DNA of 64,000 nucleotides. Origin: a virus (lineage: Duplodnaviria; Caudoviricetes). This document shows, in pieces, positions 28,926 to 38,921 of this stretch. Every line of letters starts with the position of its first letter. The stretch's first letter is position 1. The notes beneath the pieces are model-generated. The model was not told the DNA's origin and searched no databases. It was given only the letters and a program-made list of their open reading frames with translations. The position numbers and the translations under genes are program-made. The stretch lies in IMG/VR virus record IMGVR_UViG_2811995030_000001, positions 32,001 to 96,000 of that record; one strand, given 5' to 3'.

Positions 28926-30545
28926 ATGTTTAATAATAATCCTGATTTCTATCCAACGCCTGACAATCTACAAAGAAAGATGTTAAATAAAATTGATTTT
29001 AGAAAAGTACAATCAGTATTAGAGCCTTCAGCAGGCAAAGGAGACTTAGTAAAAGCGATTTATAAACAACTTGACTACACTAGGAATTATCGTAGAACTA
29101 ACAAATATGATGTTGATACTATTGAGCTTGATGAAAATCTAGTGCATATATTAAAGGGGAGAAACTATAGAGTTGTTCATGATAACTTTCTATCTTATGG
29201 AACTTTTAAAAAATACGATGCTATAATTGCAAACTTTCCATTTTCAGAAGGTGATAAACACGCTTTGCATGCAATAGAATTAGCAGAAAAACAAATACAA
29301 TCTTGTCAGCTAGTATTTTTATTAAATGCTGACACTTTAAAGAATCCATTTTCCAACACTCGAAAACATCTTATTAGAAAACTTGAGGAATATAACGCAG
29401 AAGTTGAATATATAGAAAATGCCTTTCTAAACAGCGAGCGCTCTACAACAGTAGAAACGGCACTTATTTATATAAATATAGAAAAGAAAGAAAGTAATTC
29501 GATCTTAGTGGATGAGTTGAAGAAAGAAGAAGCGCATAGAACTAATAACAATCAATATACAAGCGATAAACTAATCAATTCTGATTTTATAAAAGGAATC
29601 GTTGAACGCTATAATTATGAAGTGAAAGCAGGATTAAAGCTAATAAATGAATATAATAGTCTTAAACCGTTAATGTTGAAGAGCTTTGAGGAAAATGATA
29701 CACCAGTTTTAAAGCTTGAGCTTGAACGTGAAGACAATGAGGAAAGCAGCCTAGAAAATGCATATATAAAACAAATCCGCTCCAAGTATTGGCAAGCGCT
29801 ATTTTCAAATGAGCAATTTATGGGGCTTTTTACAAGCAATTTAAAACAAAAATATATGCAATATGTAAATGAATTAAAAGACTATGATTTTTCTTTATAT
29901 AACATTTACACTTTAAGAATACAGCTTAGTAAGGAAATGACACAAGGCGTTGAAGAAACTATTTTAAACTTATTTGAAGAGTTTAGCCATAAACATTATT
30001 ATGATGAGTCATCAAAAAACGTCCATCTTTTCAACGGCTGGAAAACTAATAAATCTTATAAAATTAACAAAAAAGTAATTATTCCTCTAAATGGCTTTAA
30101 TACATGGTGGGGCATGAAGTACAATCCTACTAATTATGATGTACTAGACAAATTAAAAGACATTGAAAAAGTGTTTAATTATTTAGATGACGGAAAAACC
30201 GAAGAGATTGACATAACAGACACTTTAAAAATGGCAGAATACTACCAAGAAACTAAGAAAATAGAGTTGAAATATTTCTATGTTACTTTCTACAAAAAGG
30301 GTACATGTCATATTGAATTTAAAAATATGGAATTGCTACATAAGTTTAATCTTTTTGGCAGTCAAAAGCGTGGATGGATTCCTAATAGTTTTGGTAAAAC
30401 TACATATAGCAATATGACAAAAGAAGAAAAAGCTGTTGTAGATTCTTTTTGTGGAAAAGAAGAATATAATAAAATATTGAATAATAGCGAGTATTATCTA
30501 TATGAGCCAGAAAAAACATTATTATTAGATGGAGGAGTTGCATGA
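28926..30545 (+). CDS. SAM-dependent DNA methyltransferase-like protein with DUF4942-like C-terminus
   Basis: DFYPTP, VLEPSAGKGD (motif I), IIANFPF (motif IV-like), YKKGTCHI. Confidence 0.8.
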   Translation: MFNNNPDFYPTPDNLQRKMLNKIDFRKVQSVLEPSAGKGDLVKAIYKQLDYTRNYRRTNKYDVDTIELDENLVHILKGRNYRVVHDNFLSYGTFKKYDAIIANFPFSEGDKHALHAIELAEKQIQSCQLVFLLNADTLKNPFSNTRKHLIRKLEEYNAEVEYIENAFLNSERSTTVETALIYINIEKKESNSILVDELKKEEAHRTNNNQYTSDKLINSDFIKGIVERYNYEVKAGLKLINEYNSLKPLMLKSFEENDTPVLKLELEREDNEESSLENAYIKQIRSKYWQALFSNEQFMGLFTSNLKQKYMQYVNELKDYDFSLYNIYTLRIQLSKEMTQGVEETILNLFEEFSHKHYYDESSKNVHLFNGWKTNKSYKINKKVIIPLNGFNTWWGMKYNPTNYDVLDKLKDIEKVFNYLDDGKTEEIDITDTLKMAEYYQETKKIELKYFYVTFYKKGTCHIEFKNMELLHKFNLFGSQKRGWIPNSFGKTTYSNMTKEEKAVVDSFCGKEEYNKILNNSEYYLYEPEKTLLLDGGVA

Positions 30546-31810
30546 CTAGAGAAGTGTACCTAGACAATTTACCAAAATGGGAGACGGGCGGTAATAAAGG
30601 TCGAATAGATTGGTCTAAATCAGCAGGATACAAAGTTGGTTTTCTTTATAACGATGTAAAGGGGTATATTGAAATACTAGATTATGATAAAAATAAACAA
30701 ATCCTTGTAACTAAATATAAAAACAACACTCTGCATATAAAAACTTCACATTTTAAAAAGGGTGCAATAGGAAACTTGCTAGGCTTAATAAATCATGCGC
30801 ATACCTATAACAAAGGTGATGTTGTAAAAGTATCAACAGGGAATATTGAAGTTTTAGATCAAATCTTGATAAAAAACAGTAAAAATCACACTGTTAGAGG
30901 ATATAAATATAAATGTTTAAACGATGGATATATAGGTGAAGTGTCTGAACCAAAATTAAAAAATAAAAATGGGTGTTCAGTTTGTAGCAACAGAATAATA
31001 ATTAAAGGGATAAATGATGTAGCAACCACTCATCCGCATTTACTAAGCTACTTTATAAATAAAAATGATGCTTATAGAAATTCTTATGGGAGCAGAAAAG
31101 AAGTGTTAATGCAATGTCCAAATTGTGAGCATAAAAAGAAGTACAGTATAGATAAACTTACAAAAAGAGGCTTTCCTTGTCGTAAATGTGGAGACGGTAT
31201 TTCCTATCCAGAAAAATTTATATTTAATTTACTTGAGCAATTAAATATTGTATTTGAAATACAAAAAGTTTTTGAGTGGTCAGATAGTAGGCAATATGAT
31301 TTCTATTTACCAGAGTTGAATTTAATTATAGAGACACATGGGTTGCAACACTATGAAAATAATTATTCTTTTTCTCCTGATGTAAAATTAAAAGACATAC
31401 AAGAAAATGACAATTATAAATATAAATTAGCACTAAGAAACAACATATATAAATATATTGTGTTAGATTGCAGGGAATGGGAAAATAATTGGATAAAAGA
31501 TAGTATTGAAAATAGTGATCTAGCAAAAATATTTGATTTGTCTAAAATTAATTGGATAAATTGTCATATGTTCTCATGCTCTTCACGTGTAAAAGAAGTG
31601 TGTGATTTATGGAGCGAGTCTATAAGTGACACGAAATTAATAAGTGAAAAAATAAAACTGTCTAGACAAACAGTAATTAAGTATCTAAAACAAGGAAGTG
31701 AATTAGGTTGGTGCGATTACAACCCTAAAAAGAATATGTCTGATAATGGTAGAAATAATATTATGAAACGAAAGACGAATTTGAAGGCGAACAGTCATAT
31801 AGCAAAGTGA
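30542..31810 (+). CDS. Zinc-ribbon homing-endonuclease-like protein
   Basis: CSVC..GINDVATTHP, CPNC, CRKC, SYPEK, YDFYLP..IIETHGLQHY. Confidence 0.65.
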   Translation: MTREVYLDNLPKWETGGNKGRIDWSKSAGYKVGFLYNDVKGYIEILDYDKNKQILVTKYKNNTLHIKTSHFKKGAIGNLLGLINHAHTYNKGDVVKVSTGNIEVLDQILIKNSKNHTVRGYKYKCLNDGYIGEVSEPKLKNKNGCSVCSNRIIIKGINDVATTHPHLLSYFINKNDAYRNSYGSRKEVLMQCPNCEHKKKYSIDKLTKRGFPCRKCGDGISYPEKFIFNLLEQLNIVFEIQKVFEWSDSRQYDFYLPELNLIIETHGLQHYENNYSFSPDVKLKDIQENDNYKYKLALRNNIYKYIVLDCREWENNWIKDSIENSDLAKIFDLSKINWINCHMFSCSSRVKEVCDLWSESISDTKLISEKIKLSRQTVIKYLKQGSELGWCDYNPKKNMSDNGRNNIMKRKTNLKANSHIAK

Positions 31811-31921
31811 TGAAAAATAAATCGTATTATATTCTTGATACTAGTGAGTTATTACAATTAACATCTTGATGCTCTAGTTTACTTAAAAGTATTATTTTAC
31901 AGAAACTTAAGGAGTGATTTC

Positions 31922-32056
31922 ATGTACAATAATAACGAAAAGTCTACACATGAAGAAGACGGACTCTCTACAGCTAAAGGAATCATAAACGGCCTACAAA
32001 TGGGAATAGCTCTATGGATTTTAATTATCATGGCCATTAAGTTAATCTTTCTATAA
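31922..32056 (+). CDS. Small membrane peptide (44 aa)
   Basis: AAGGAG RBS; hydrophobic C-terminal helix. Confidence 0.55.
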   Translation: MYNNNEKSTHEEDGLSTAKGIINGLQMGIALWILIIMAIKLIFL

Positions 32057-32085
32057 ATAAAATAAAATATAACGAGGTGTAAAAG

Positions 32086-32304
32086 ATGATTCCTAACAAA
32101 ATTAAAATAGTTTCTAATTGTCCTCACACTGGTCAAGATGGGCTTTTACCTGAAGTCATAGGGAAAGTATTTAGTGTTGCATATTATGAGCCTCACACAA
32201 AAGAAGCAAGCGTTTATAGTGAAGCCTATAAGGGAGTTATTTCTCTTAATGAAAAGGAATATGAAATTGTTAGCCGATATGTAGTAGAATATAACTCAAA
32301 GTAA
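32086..32304 (+). CDS. Hypothetical protein
   Basis: GAGGTG RBS; co-oriented with the array. Confidence 0.7.
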   Translation: MIPNKIKIVSNCPHTGQDGLLPEVIGKVFSVAYYEPHTKEASVYSEAYKGVISLNEKEYEIVSRYVVEYNSK

Positions 32305-32341
32305 AGTAACAATTTTACACGAATAAAAGGGAGGGTTATAT

Positions 32342-32767
32342 ATGAGGGAATATAGAATTTTTTATGGGATAAATGATGAGAAGAAAGAATATGAAGAAAC
32401 TATGGTATTTGAAAAGGAATACGAGGCAGAATTATTTGCTCGCAGGTTGGCGTATGAAGAATATAAGAAGAGCACAGGGGCAGAAGAAGACTTATCATTT
32501 CTTTATGGTGAATTTAATAGTATTGGTATATTTTCAGTCGAATGTGTAGAAGATGAGGAGTTTGAAAAGGCTACTAGAAAATGTCCATGTTGTGGCGAAG
32601 ATGTACATTTTGAAAATGGAGAATTAAAATCTGAAAATCGTCAAAGTAGCTATGATAGTGATTATGGATATAGTACTGAAAAAATTCAGTTTATAGGCAG
32701 ATATACGGAAAATGTGACGGCTTCAAAATGTGAAAATTGTAATTATATAATGTTATTTGCTGATTAA
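32342..32767 (+). CDS. Hypothetical protein with C-terminal Zn ribbon
   Basis: GGGAGG RBS; CPCC...CENC. Confidence 0.75.
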   Translation: MREYRIFYGINDEKKEYEETMVFEKEYEAELFARRLAYEEYKKSTGAEEDLSFLYGEFNSIGIFSVECVEDEEFEKATRKCPCCGEDVHFENGELKSENRQSSYDSDYGYSTEKIQFIGRYTENVTASKCENCNYIMLFAD

Positions 32768-32802
32768 GTAATCATGTTATACTAATCTTAACAATAAAAG
32801 GA

Positions 32803-33132
32803 GTGGAAAGCATGGAGGATATTTTAAAACAAATACTTGAAAAGGTTTCTAAAATTGAAAATGGATTAGATACAGTTAAGGATGATGTTAATTCATTAAA
32901 GCAAGGTCAACAAGAGTCAAAAGAATTTCTTTCAGCTCTAAAAGAAGGTCAAGAACTAGCAAACGCTAAACTTACAGCACTTGAAGAAACAATGAACAAA
33001 GGATTTGATAACGTTCATTTCCGTCTTGATCGTTTAGAAAGAAGAGTAAAGATGATTGATATAGATTTAGATGAAATGTATGAACAAGCTAAGCAAAACC
33101 GAAAAGATATAGACAGATTATTAAGAAATTAA
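32803..33132 (+). CDS. Coiled-coil hypothetical protein
   Basis: Heptad pattern; AAGGAG RBS. Confidence 0.7.
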   Translation: MESMEDILKQILEKVSKIENGLDTVKDDVNSLKQGQQESKEFLSALKEGQELANAKLTALEETMNKGFDNVHFRLDRLERRVKMIDIDLDEMYEQAKQNRKDIDRLLRN

Positions 33133-33240
33133 AGCCTACAATACGTGGGCTTCTTTCTGCATTTGAGGAGGTGGTTAGATTGGAGTAGATGGAATGTTTA
33201 TAAATTAAATCAATTACATTATAATAAGGAGTGGTATTGA

Positions 33241-33648
33241 ATGAAAGTATTGTCAAAATTAGAAAATACAAAAATGAAAGCATATATAATGATTTTAGAA
33301 GTCTATCCTAATTTACTGCCTAAAATTGAATATGAGGTATCGGAGGAATTAGAAGAACTGCTAAAACAATTAGAAATAAATGAAAAAGCTACAACCTTAT
33401 ATAATCCTCTTCAAAAAACAATATTCTTACTAGCTCACAATTATACTGTTGATGATTTATTATGGGGAATAGGAAGTGCTATTCATGAACAATTATTTAA
33501 TAGTAAAAAAGTAATTCTTCCTAAAGGAATTAAGTTTCCAGAAGCATTTGCGAAAAGTGTAGATCAAACTTTCTTTTATCAAGGTGGAATGAGTGCTGAT
33601 GCTTCAATATTAAAGAAAATGTTAGAAGATAAGCTAAAAGAGAAATAG
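33241..33648 (+). CDS. Hypothetical protein
   Basis: 135 aa; AAGGAG RBS; contains AIHEQ. Confidence 0.7.
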   Translation: MKVLSKLENTKMKAYIMILEVYPNLLPKIEYEVSEELEELLKQLEINEKATTLYNPLQKTIFLLAHNYTVDDLLWGIGSAIHEQLFNSKKVILPKGIKFPEAFAKSVDQTFFYQGGMSADASILKKMLEDKLKEK

Positions 33649-33668
33649 TAAGTATAAGAGGTGTTACC

Positions 33669-33860
33669 GTGAAAAGTTTAAACAATCAATATTACTATTG
33701 TTATAACAAATCAGTACATACATATTTACATTTAAAAAGGGGAATTCCTTTTATATGTACAGCTTTACATGAGAAGACAGGTAAAAAGTTTTGGCTATAT
33801 GAGCAAGATAATAGATTAACTAATGCGTTAAGAGATTACCAGTTAAATAAAAATAGTTAA
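33669..33860 (+). CDS. DUF5659-like small protein
   Basis: YYCYN..L...GI.F...H..TGKKFWLY pattern. Confidence 0.65.
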   Translation: MKSLNNQYYYCYNKSVHTYLHLKRGIPFICTALHEKTGKKFWLYEQDNRLTNALRDYQLNKNS

Positions 33861-34000
33861 ATAGCTGCGTGGATGGTTTGGAAACCTGCGCAGCAAGGTT
33901 AATATAAGACACGCCAGTGGATTATATTAATAACAGGTTTCCAAGGTCTTAACATCCACTGTTAAACGAATAAAGTTAAACTAAAGGAGATGCTTTTATA

Positions 34001-34534
34001 TTGGGACAAAGTAGACAAGAATTTCTTCAAGAACTTCAAGAAGTAGGCCAAATTATTGTTAATAATGCTATTAAAGATCATATGGAGGCTCATGACTATA
34101 AAGAAACAGGCTACGATATAAGCATCAAGATAAACGATCATAATCAAGTTCCGTGGAAGAGGAATGCTCTTTTTAGTAAAGTATTTGTGAAGGAGTTGGA
34201 AAATAAAATGAAGAAAAGAGAACTTACACTTGAACAAGTTGGCTTATTGACTTGTTTATCAGCCAGACTTGATATAAAAGATAATGAAAGTGTATTAAGG
34301 AATTCAGATGGTAGCTATATGTCTCAACAAGATATTTCTGAATATGTAGGATGGAGCAGAAATAAAACACATGAAACAATTAAACTATTGGTACAGTCTA
34401 AAATGTTATTTACTAAGCCACAAGAAGAGAATAAACGAAAAAAGAAATACTATCTTAATCCTAAAGTTTTCTATAGTGGAACATTTATTAATACATATTT
34501 TAAAGATGAAATTGAGAAGGAAATTAATAAATAA
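34001..34534 (+). CDS. RepL/MarR-like winged-helix DNA-binding protein
   Basis: MSQQDISEYVGWSRNKTHETIKLL...YYLNPKVFYSG. Confidence 0.7.
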   Translation: MGQSRQEFLQELQEVGQIIVNNAIKDHMEAHDYKETGYDISIKINDHNQVPWKRNALFSKVFVKELENKMKKRELTLEQVGLLTCLSARLDIKDNESVLRNSDGSYMSQQDISEYVGWSRNKTHETIKLLVQSKMLFTKPQEENKRKKKYYLNPKVFYSGTFINTYFKDEIEKEINK

Positions 34535-34886
34535 TAAATTGTCGGGAGATATTAAGAAGACTTTTTAGGGGTAAAATGACGAAACTCCAACAGCCACAAG
34601 GGATTTAACGATTTTAACATACCCAAAAGTAAGTGCATGTTGTTTTTATAAACGTTGATATAGCAACACCAATTTTCTAACATACCCTATATGAGGGGCA
34701 TATTAAACGATATAAAATACATAAGAGTAAACACAGATCACTAAAAGTGGTCTTTTTTATATTCCAATAAATCACGTATTTTACGGATAATTTGAACACA
34801 TTTTAATTCAATAAAAGGAATTAAACTAACAAAAAATGAATACATATTTGTATATACCTTTCACTTATAAAAAGGAGGAGTAATAT

Positions 34887-35678
34887 ATGCAAAGTAAAAC
34901 TGTATCTAAACGAACAGACAAAAATAAAGTCAACGCTAAGAAAAAGGAACTTAAACGAATAGCCTTAGAGCACAAAGAATACTTTTCAAAAGTATCAGTA
35001 TGGGATAAATACGCAAGAGAGAACAATTTACCATTAAGTCATCAATTTCAATATTACTTTGAGTCTTGGCATAATGCTAAAATAGAAATAGGTTTATCAA
35101 AAGAGGCAGAAAGCTCTTTAGCTGGCGGATACTCATTTTCAGATGAAGAGCTATTAGAAATCGGGAAGCGGTATATGACTGCTTCCATGGGAACAATTGA
35201 GTGGGATTGCTTAGCAAGGAAAAATAACCTTCCAAGATACAGTGCTTTTGCTAGGAGATTTGGAAGTTGGGAGCAAACTAAAAAAGTTATGGGATTGACG
35301 AAATTTAAAACAACAGAGGAATTATTGAGAATTCTTAAAGAAAACGAAAAATATCTTGAGACTGTTAAAAAATGGAGTAAGTATGCAGAAAAGAGTGGAT
35401 TACCTTCACATAGGCAACTGATGAGGATTTTTAAATGTAATTGGACAGATGTAAAAAGAAGAGTAAGGGAGGCTGCTCAGGTGGAAAGCAGAGAGTATTC
35501 AGATGTAGAAATTATATCTTTATTAGTAAAACACTTTCCATCCATCGTTGACAAATCATATTATCAAATTTACGCAAAAGAACACAGGCTTCCTTCTATG
35601 GATATTATCATGGATAGACTCAGGGAGATTGAGAAAATGGAGGATGGCAACTTTATCAAATTTCTTAAAAATAATTAA
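34887..35678 (+). CDS. Protein built of homing-endonuclease-associated repeats, no visible nuclease domain
   Basis: About four repeats of W..YA.E..LP......F..W. Confidence 0.65.
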   Translation: MQSKTVSKRTDKNKVNAKKKELKRIALEHKEYFSKVSVWDKYARENNLPLSHQFQYYFESWHNAKIEIGLSKEAESSLAGGYSFSDEELLEIGKRYMTASMGTIEWDCLARKNNLPRYSAFARRFGSWEQTKKVMGLTKFKTTEELLRILKENEKYLETVKKWSKYAEKSGLPSHRQLMRIFKCNWTDVKRRVREAAQVESREYSDVEIISLLVKHFPSIVDKSYYQIYAKEHRLPSMDIIMDRLREIEKMEDGNFIKFLKNN

Positions 35679-35715
35679 ATTTCAGTCATAAATTAGATGA
35701 GGTATCGTATACTGT

Positions 35716-35972
35716 AGTGTAAGGTGAAATCAAGAATGCTTACAATGACACTTAAAACTGTAGTCCTATCTTTCTTGGGAGGGAAAAGGTGAGGCTGCAA
35801 CTTAAAAGAGAAAGCTTACTAGATAAGCTAAGAGGTTTTGACATGGGTCTGTCAAAAGCAATCCTCAATATTTAGGTATCAAAGAATTTATCTGCAATTA
35901 ACTTTAGTCCATCTATGAAACCAAAAAAGAATTTCTTGCTAAAAGGCTGTCAGTTAATCTGGCGGTCTTTTT
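35716..35972 (+). ncRNA. Candidate stand-alone structured RNA
   Basis: TATACT at 35708, four hairpins, terminator-like stem at 35940-35972, no plausible ORF. Confidence 0.4.
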
Positions 35973-36084
35973 AATTTGTTTATAGTATAAATTATTCAGA
36001 ATAATTGTAAAAATATGTTGATAGTTTTGTATAAATGTTATAATATGTTTATTGTTGTAACATATTGCAGGGGAGGAAATTACT

Positions 36085-36606
36085 ATGAAAAACTTGAAAA
36101 AACTTTGTGCAGGTATTATGGCCTGTGGATTTGTGCTTGGAGTAGGTAATGTAACTACACAAGCAGCTCCATCAGACGATAAAAACTGTATCGACTTCAA
36201 AGGGGACAAGCAAGCTCTTATGGATTTTTGGTATCAAAACGGATACAATGCTAACAATGATCCTCATGACTTAGACCGTGACAATGACGGCCTACCATGT
36301 GAGACAACTAAAGGCGAATGGGATCAATATGTTGCAGAAAAAGAAGAAGCTAAGAAAGAAGATTCTGCTACAGAGGAAACAACTAAGCAAGAAGAATCAA
36401 CTTCAACAACTCCAGCTACAACTGAAGAAAAATCAGATGATGATAAACAATCAACAGTAACTACAACTAAAGAAGAATCAACTGAAACAAAAGAACAAGG
36501 TGAGGCACTTCCTAACACTGCAACAAATGACGTTGCTATGATGGGACTAGCTGGCCTTATGGCTGCTGCTGGTGGAGTGTTAATGTTTAAACGTAGAAAG
36601 AAATAA
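36085..36606 (+). CDS. Cell-wall-anchored LPXTG-type protein with Excalibur-like Ca-binding domain
   Basis: Signal peptide, NC..F...DLDRDNDGLPCE, S/T/E-rich stalk, LPNTA + TM helix + KRRKK. Confidence 0.88.
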   Translation: MKNLKKLCAGIMACGFVLGVGNVTTQAAPSDDKNCIDFKGDKQALMDFWYQNGYNANNDPHDLDRDNDGLPCETTKGEWDQYVAEKEEAKKEDSATEETTKQEESTSTTPATTEEKSDDDKQSTVTTTKEESTETKEQGEALPNTATNDVAMMGLAGLMAAAGGVLMFKRRKK

Positions 36607-36653
36607 TAGATGCAACTAAGAGACAGGTTAATCCCTGTCTTTTCTTTATAGAG

Positions 36654-37253
36654 GTGATAAAACTGAAACGTTTCATAGGATTTATTTTAATTGTGGCTGC
36701 ATTAGTAATAGGATTAAACTCTTTTCTAAATTGGCATCAAGGGAAATCAGCAGCTCAAGAATTAACGCAAGCAGAAGTTAAACAATATAAAGCATCTTCA
36801 ACAACTACAAATGAGCAGGAAACTAAACAAATTCCATCCTCTAGTGTAAGTCATAATAAAGGTGATAAAGTGGCTATGCTCATGATTCCTTCACTTGGAA
36901 AGAAGTATTCTGTGTATTGGGGAACAGATGAAGATAGTCTGAAAAAGGGTGTAGGAATGTTTGTAAGCTACACAACAACAACTCCTAGTGGTAATGGTCA
37001 TACTGTTTTAAGTGGTCATAGAGACACAGTATTTGCTGAATTAGGGGAACTTAAGGAAGGTAATACTTTAGTTGTTAAATATGATGACGAATATTACACA
37101 TACGAGATAACAAAAACATGGATTGTTGATAAGGATGATAGAAGCGTTATTGTAAAGAAAGATAAATCTACGCTAACTCTTACAACATGCTATCCTTTTC
37201 AATATGTAGGAAATGCACCAGAGCGATATATTATACAAGCTAAACGAATGTAG
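36654..37253 (+). CDS. srtD: Class D sortase
   Basis: N-terminal TM; LSGHRDT, LTLTTCYPF and ERYI catalytic His/Cys/Arg. Confidence 0.92.
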   Translation: MIKLKRFIGFILIVAALVIGLNSFLNWHQGKSAAQELTQAEVKQYKASSTTTNEQETKQIPSSSVSHNKGDKVAMLMIPSLGKKYSVYWGTDEDSLKKGVGMFVSYTTTTPSGNGHTVLSGHRDTVFAELGELKEGNTLVVKYDDEYYTYEITKTWIVDKDDRSVIVKKDKSTLTLTTCYPFQYVGNAPERYIIQAKRM

Positions 37254-37377
37254 TTATATTATCTATTCCAAATAGGCATAGAAGAATATGGTATCTAGAA
37301 GGAATTTTCATGTAATTTAAAGAATATAATATAACAAAGAATAAGAGCTTCAAGCAAAACGCCTGAAGCTTTTTAAA

Positions 37378-37572
37378 TTACTTATAATCAAATATATCAT
37401 TAGGCGTACACTCCAAGGCTGTACAAATTAAATGTAGTAAATCAAATTTTATGGATTCAGTTTTATTGTCGGCCAACTTACACAAGTTGTGATATTGCAT
37501 ACCTATTTCTTTAGCTAACCAGTAACGAGTTTTACTTTTTTCTTTTAGTAGATCATCAATCATTATTTTCAA
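37378..37572 (-). CDS. XRE-family HTH regulator (YozG-like)
   Basis: TRYWLAKEIGM..NL...IKFDLL..IC.ALECTPNDIF. Confidence 0.85.
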   Translation of the reverse strand: MKIMIDDLLKEKSKTRYWLAKEIGMQYHNLCKLADNKTESIKFDLLHLICTALECTPNDIFDYK

Positions 37573-37713
37573 TATTAAACACCTCAGAGAACATTGTAAA
37601 ATAAATATATACTTTTCGCAATATATACCGTTGACAGTATATAAAATAATGTAGTATAGTATTATCAGATGAGGGAAAACGGAGAATTAAATTAATAAAA
37701 TCAATTACAGGAG

Positions 37714-38145
37714 GTGCTGATAATGGGCATTAAAAGTATGGAAGTTAAAACTTTTGAAGATGTAGGTTTCCATTATGTGAAAGCGTTTATTAAGCACATA
37801 TCAGAAAATTTATTTGACCTTAAAGTCAACGCAACTGAATTGTTAGAGGAAAATAAAGAAGTAAATGAAGAACATATTGAACAAGAAAACAAAGTGATTG
37901 TCATGAAAAAAGTAGTGGATGACGTACATATTATAAGCATTGATCTACATAATAAACTATTCGGTTCTCTAGTTATCTACGGTGAATTCCAAGGGTTAAA
38001 TATGGTTGGAGATATTAAAGCTTCTTATGAGCCAATACATGAACATGTAACACTGATTGATTTAATTGTTGACTTTGAGGAAGAGTATGAAATTATTCAA
38101 GAGTTAAATAAAAAGGAGATAAAACTCATTAAATTTCTAACTTAA
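37714..38145 (+). CDS. Hypothetical protein, divergent from the XRE gene
   Basis: GGAGG RBS; TTGACA/TATAGT promoter near 37631. Confidence 0.7.
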   Translation: MLIMGIKSMEVKTFEDVGFHYVKAFIKHISENLFDLKVNATELLEENKEVNEEHIEQENKVIVMKKVVDDVHIISIDLHNKLFGSLVIYGEFQGLNMVGDIKASYEPIHEHVTLIDLIVDFEEEYEIIQELNKKEIKLIKFLT

Positions 38146-38165
38146 TAACAAAAATAAATTACTTA

Positions 38166-38194
38166 TTGATAAATTACAAAAGAACAAGTATAAT
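38166..38194 (+). promoter_or_regulatory. SigA promoter with upstream AAATAAATTAC motif
   Basis: TTGATA-17 bp-TATAAT. Confidence 0.65.
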
Positions 38195-38264
38195 AGGCTT
38201 ATAGAAGAAAATGGGTTACTATACTAAATAAGGAGGATATTGAACGGTAAAGGAGAGGCTGCTT

Positions 38265-38483
38265 ATGATGAAAAAGGTTAGGATTCCAAACAGAGATATA
38301 TACGGTTACATAATAGGAGTTAAAAAGGTAAAAGTAAATTGGAGATGTCCTTATTGTGGGGAGAAGATGGGAGAAACAAAACCATACACTTTCTACGAAA
38401 AAGGAAAGAGATACACAATAGATATTTGGTATAATAAATGCGGTCATGCAGTAAAACATCATGATCTAGAAATTATTAAATAG
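38265..38483 (+). CDS. Small Zn-finger protein
   Basis: WRCPYCG...CGH; AAGGAGAGG RBS. Confidence 0.75.
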   Translation: MMKKVRIPNRDIYGYIIGVKKVKVNWRCPYCGEKMGETKPYTFYEKGKRYTIDIWYNKCGHAVKHHDLEIIK

Positions 38484-38514
38484 AAGTCTAATCTTATACA
38501 AGGAGTGATTTTAC

Positions 38515-38661
38515 ATGAATAAAGAAGAAAAAGAAATAGTTAAGTATGATGATAAATGGTGGATGTTAGAAAAAGTATCTGATAACAATATGGCCACTAT
38601 TTGGAGAAATGGGCAATCTGCAATAGTATCTATAACTGAAGTGGTGAGAAAAAGTAAATAG
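38515..38661 (+). CDS. Small hypothetical protein (48 aa)
   Basis: AAGGAG RBS; MNKEEKEIVKYDDKWW... Confidence 0.6.
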   Translation: MNKEEKEIVKYDDKWWMLEKVSDNNMATIWRNGQSAIVSITEVVRKSK

Positions 38662-38695
38662 AATTCTAATTCTACACAGAAAGGGCTGATAAGAA

Positions 38696-38887
38696 TTGAA
38701 TGAAATGTTTTGGCTGCATCAGTATGCATTCTATTTAGACAATCAGATAAGCTTATTGCGAGAAGAGAGAAAGCTCACTAATTTAAGAACAGAACAGGCT
38801 GAGGATGTAATTGAATGTTTATCTAAAAATAAAATTGATATGGAATATGTAAATGCAGAGCAAGTAAATTTAATACTAATTAATTAA
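38696..38887 (+). CDS. Hypothetical protein
   Basis: ORF track; co-oriented. Confidence 0.55.
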   Translation: MNEMFWLHQYAFYLDNQISLLREERKLTNLRTEQAEDVIECLSKNKIDMEYVNAEQVNLILIN

Positions 38888-38921
38888 AAGGTTGATTTTA
38901 CATTGATAAGGAGGGAAATTA

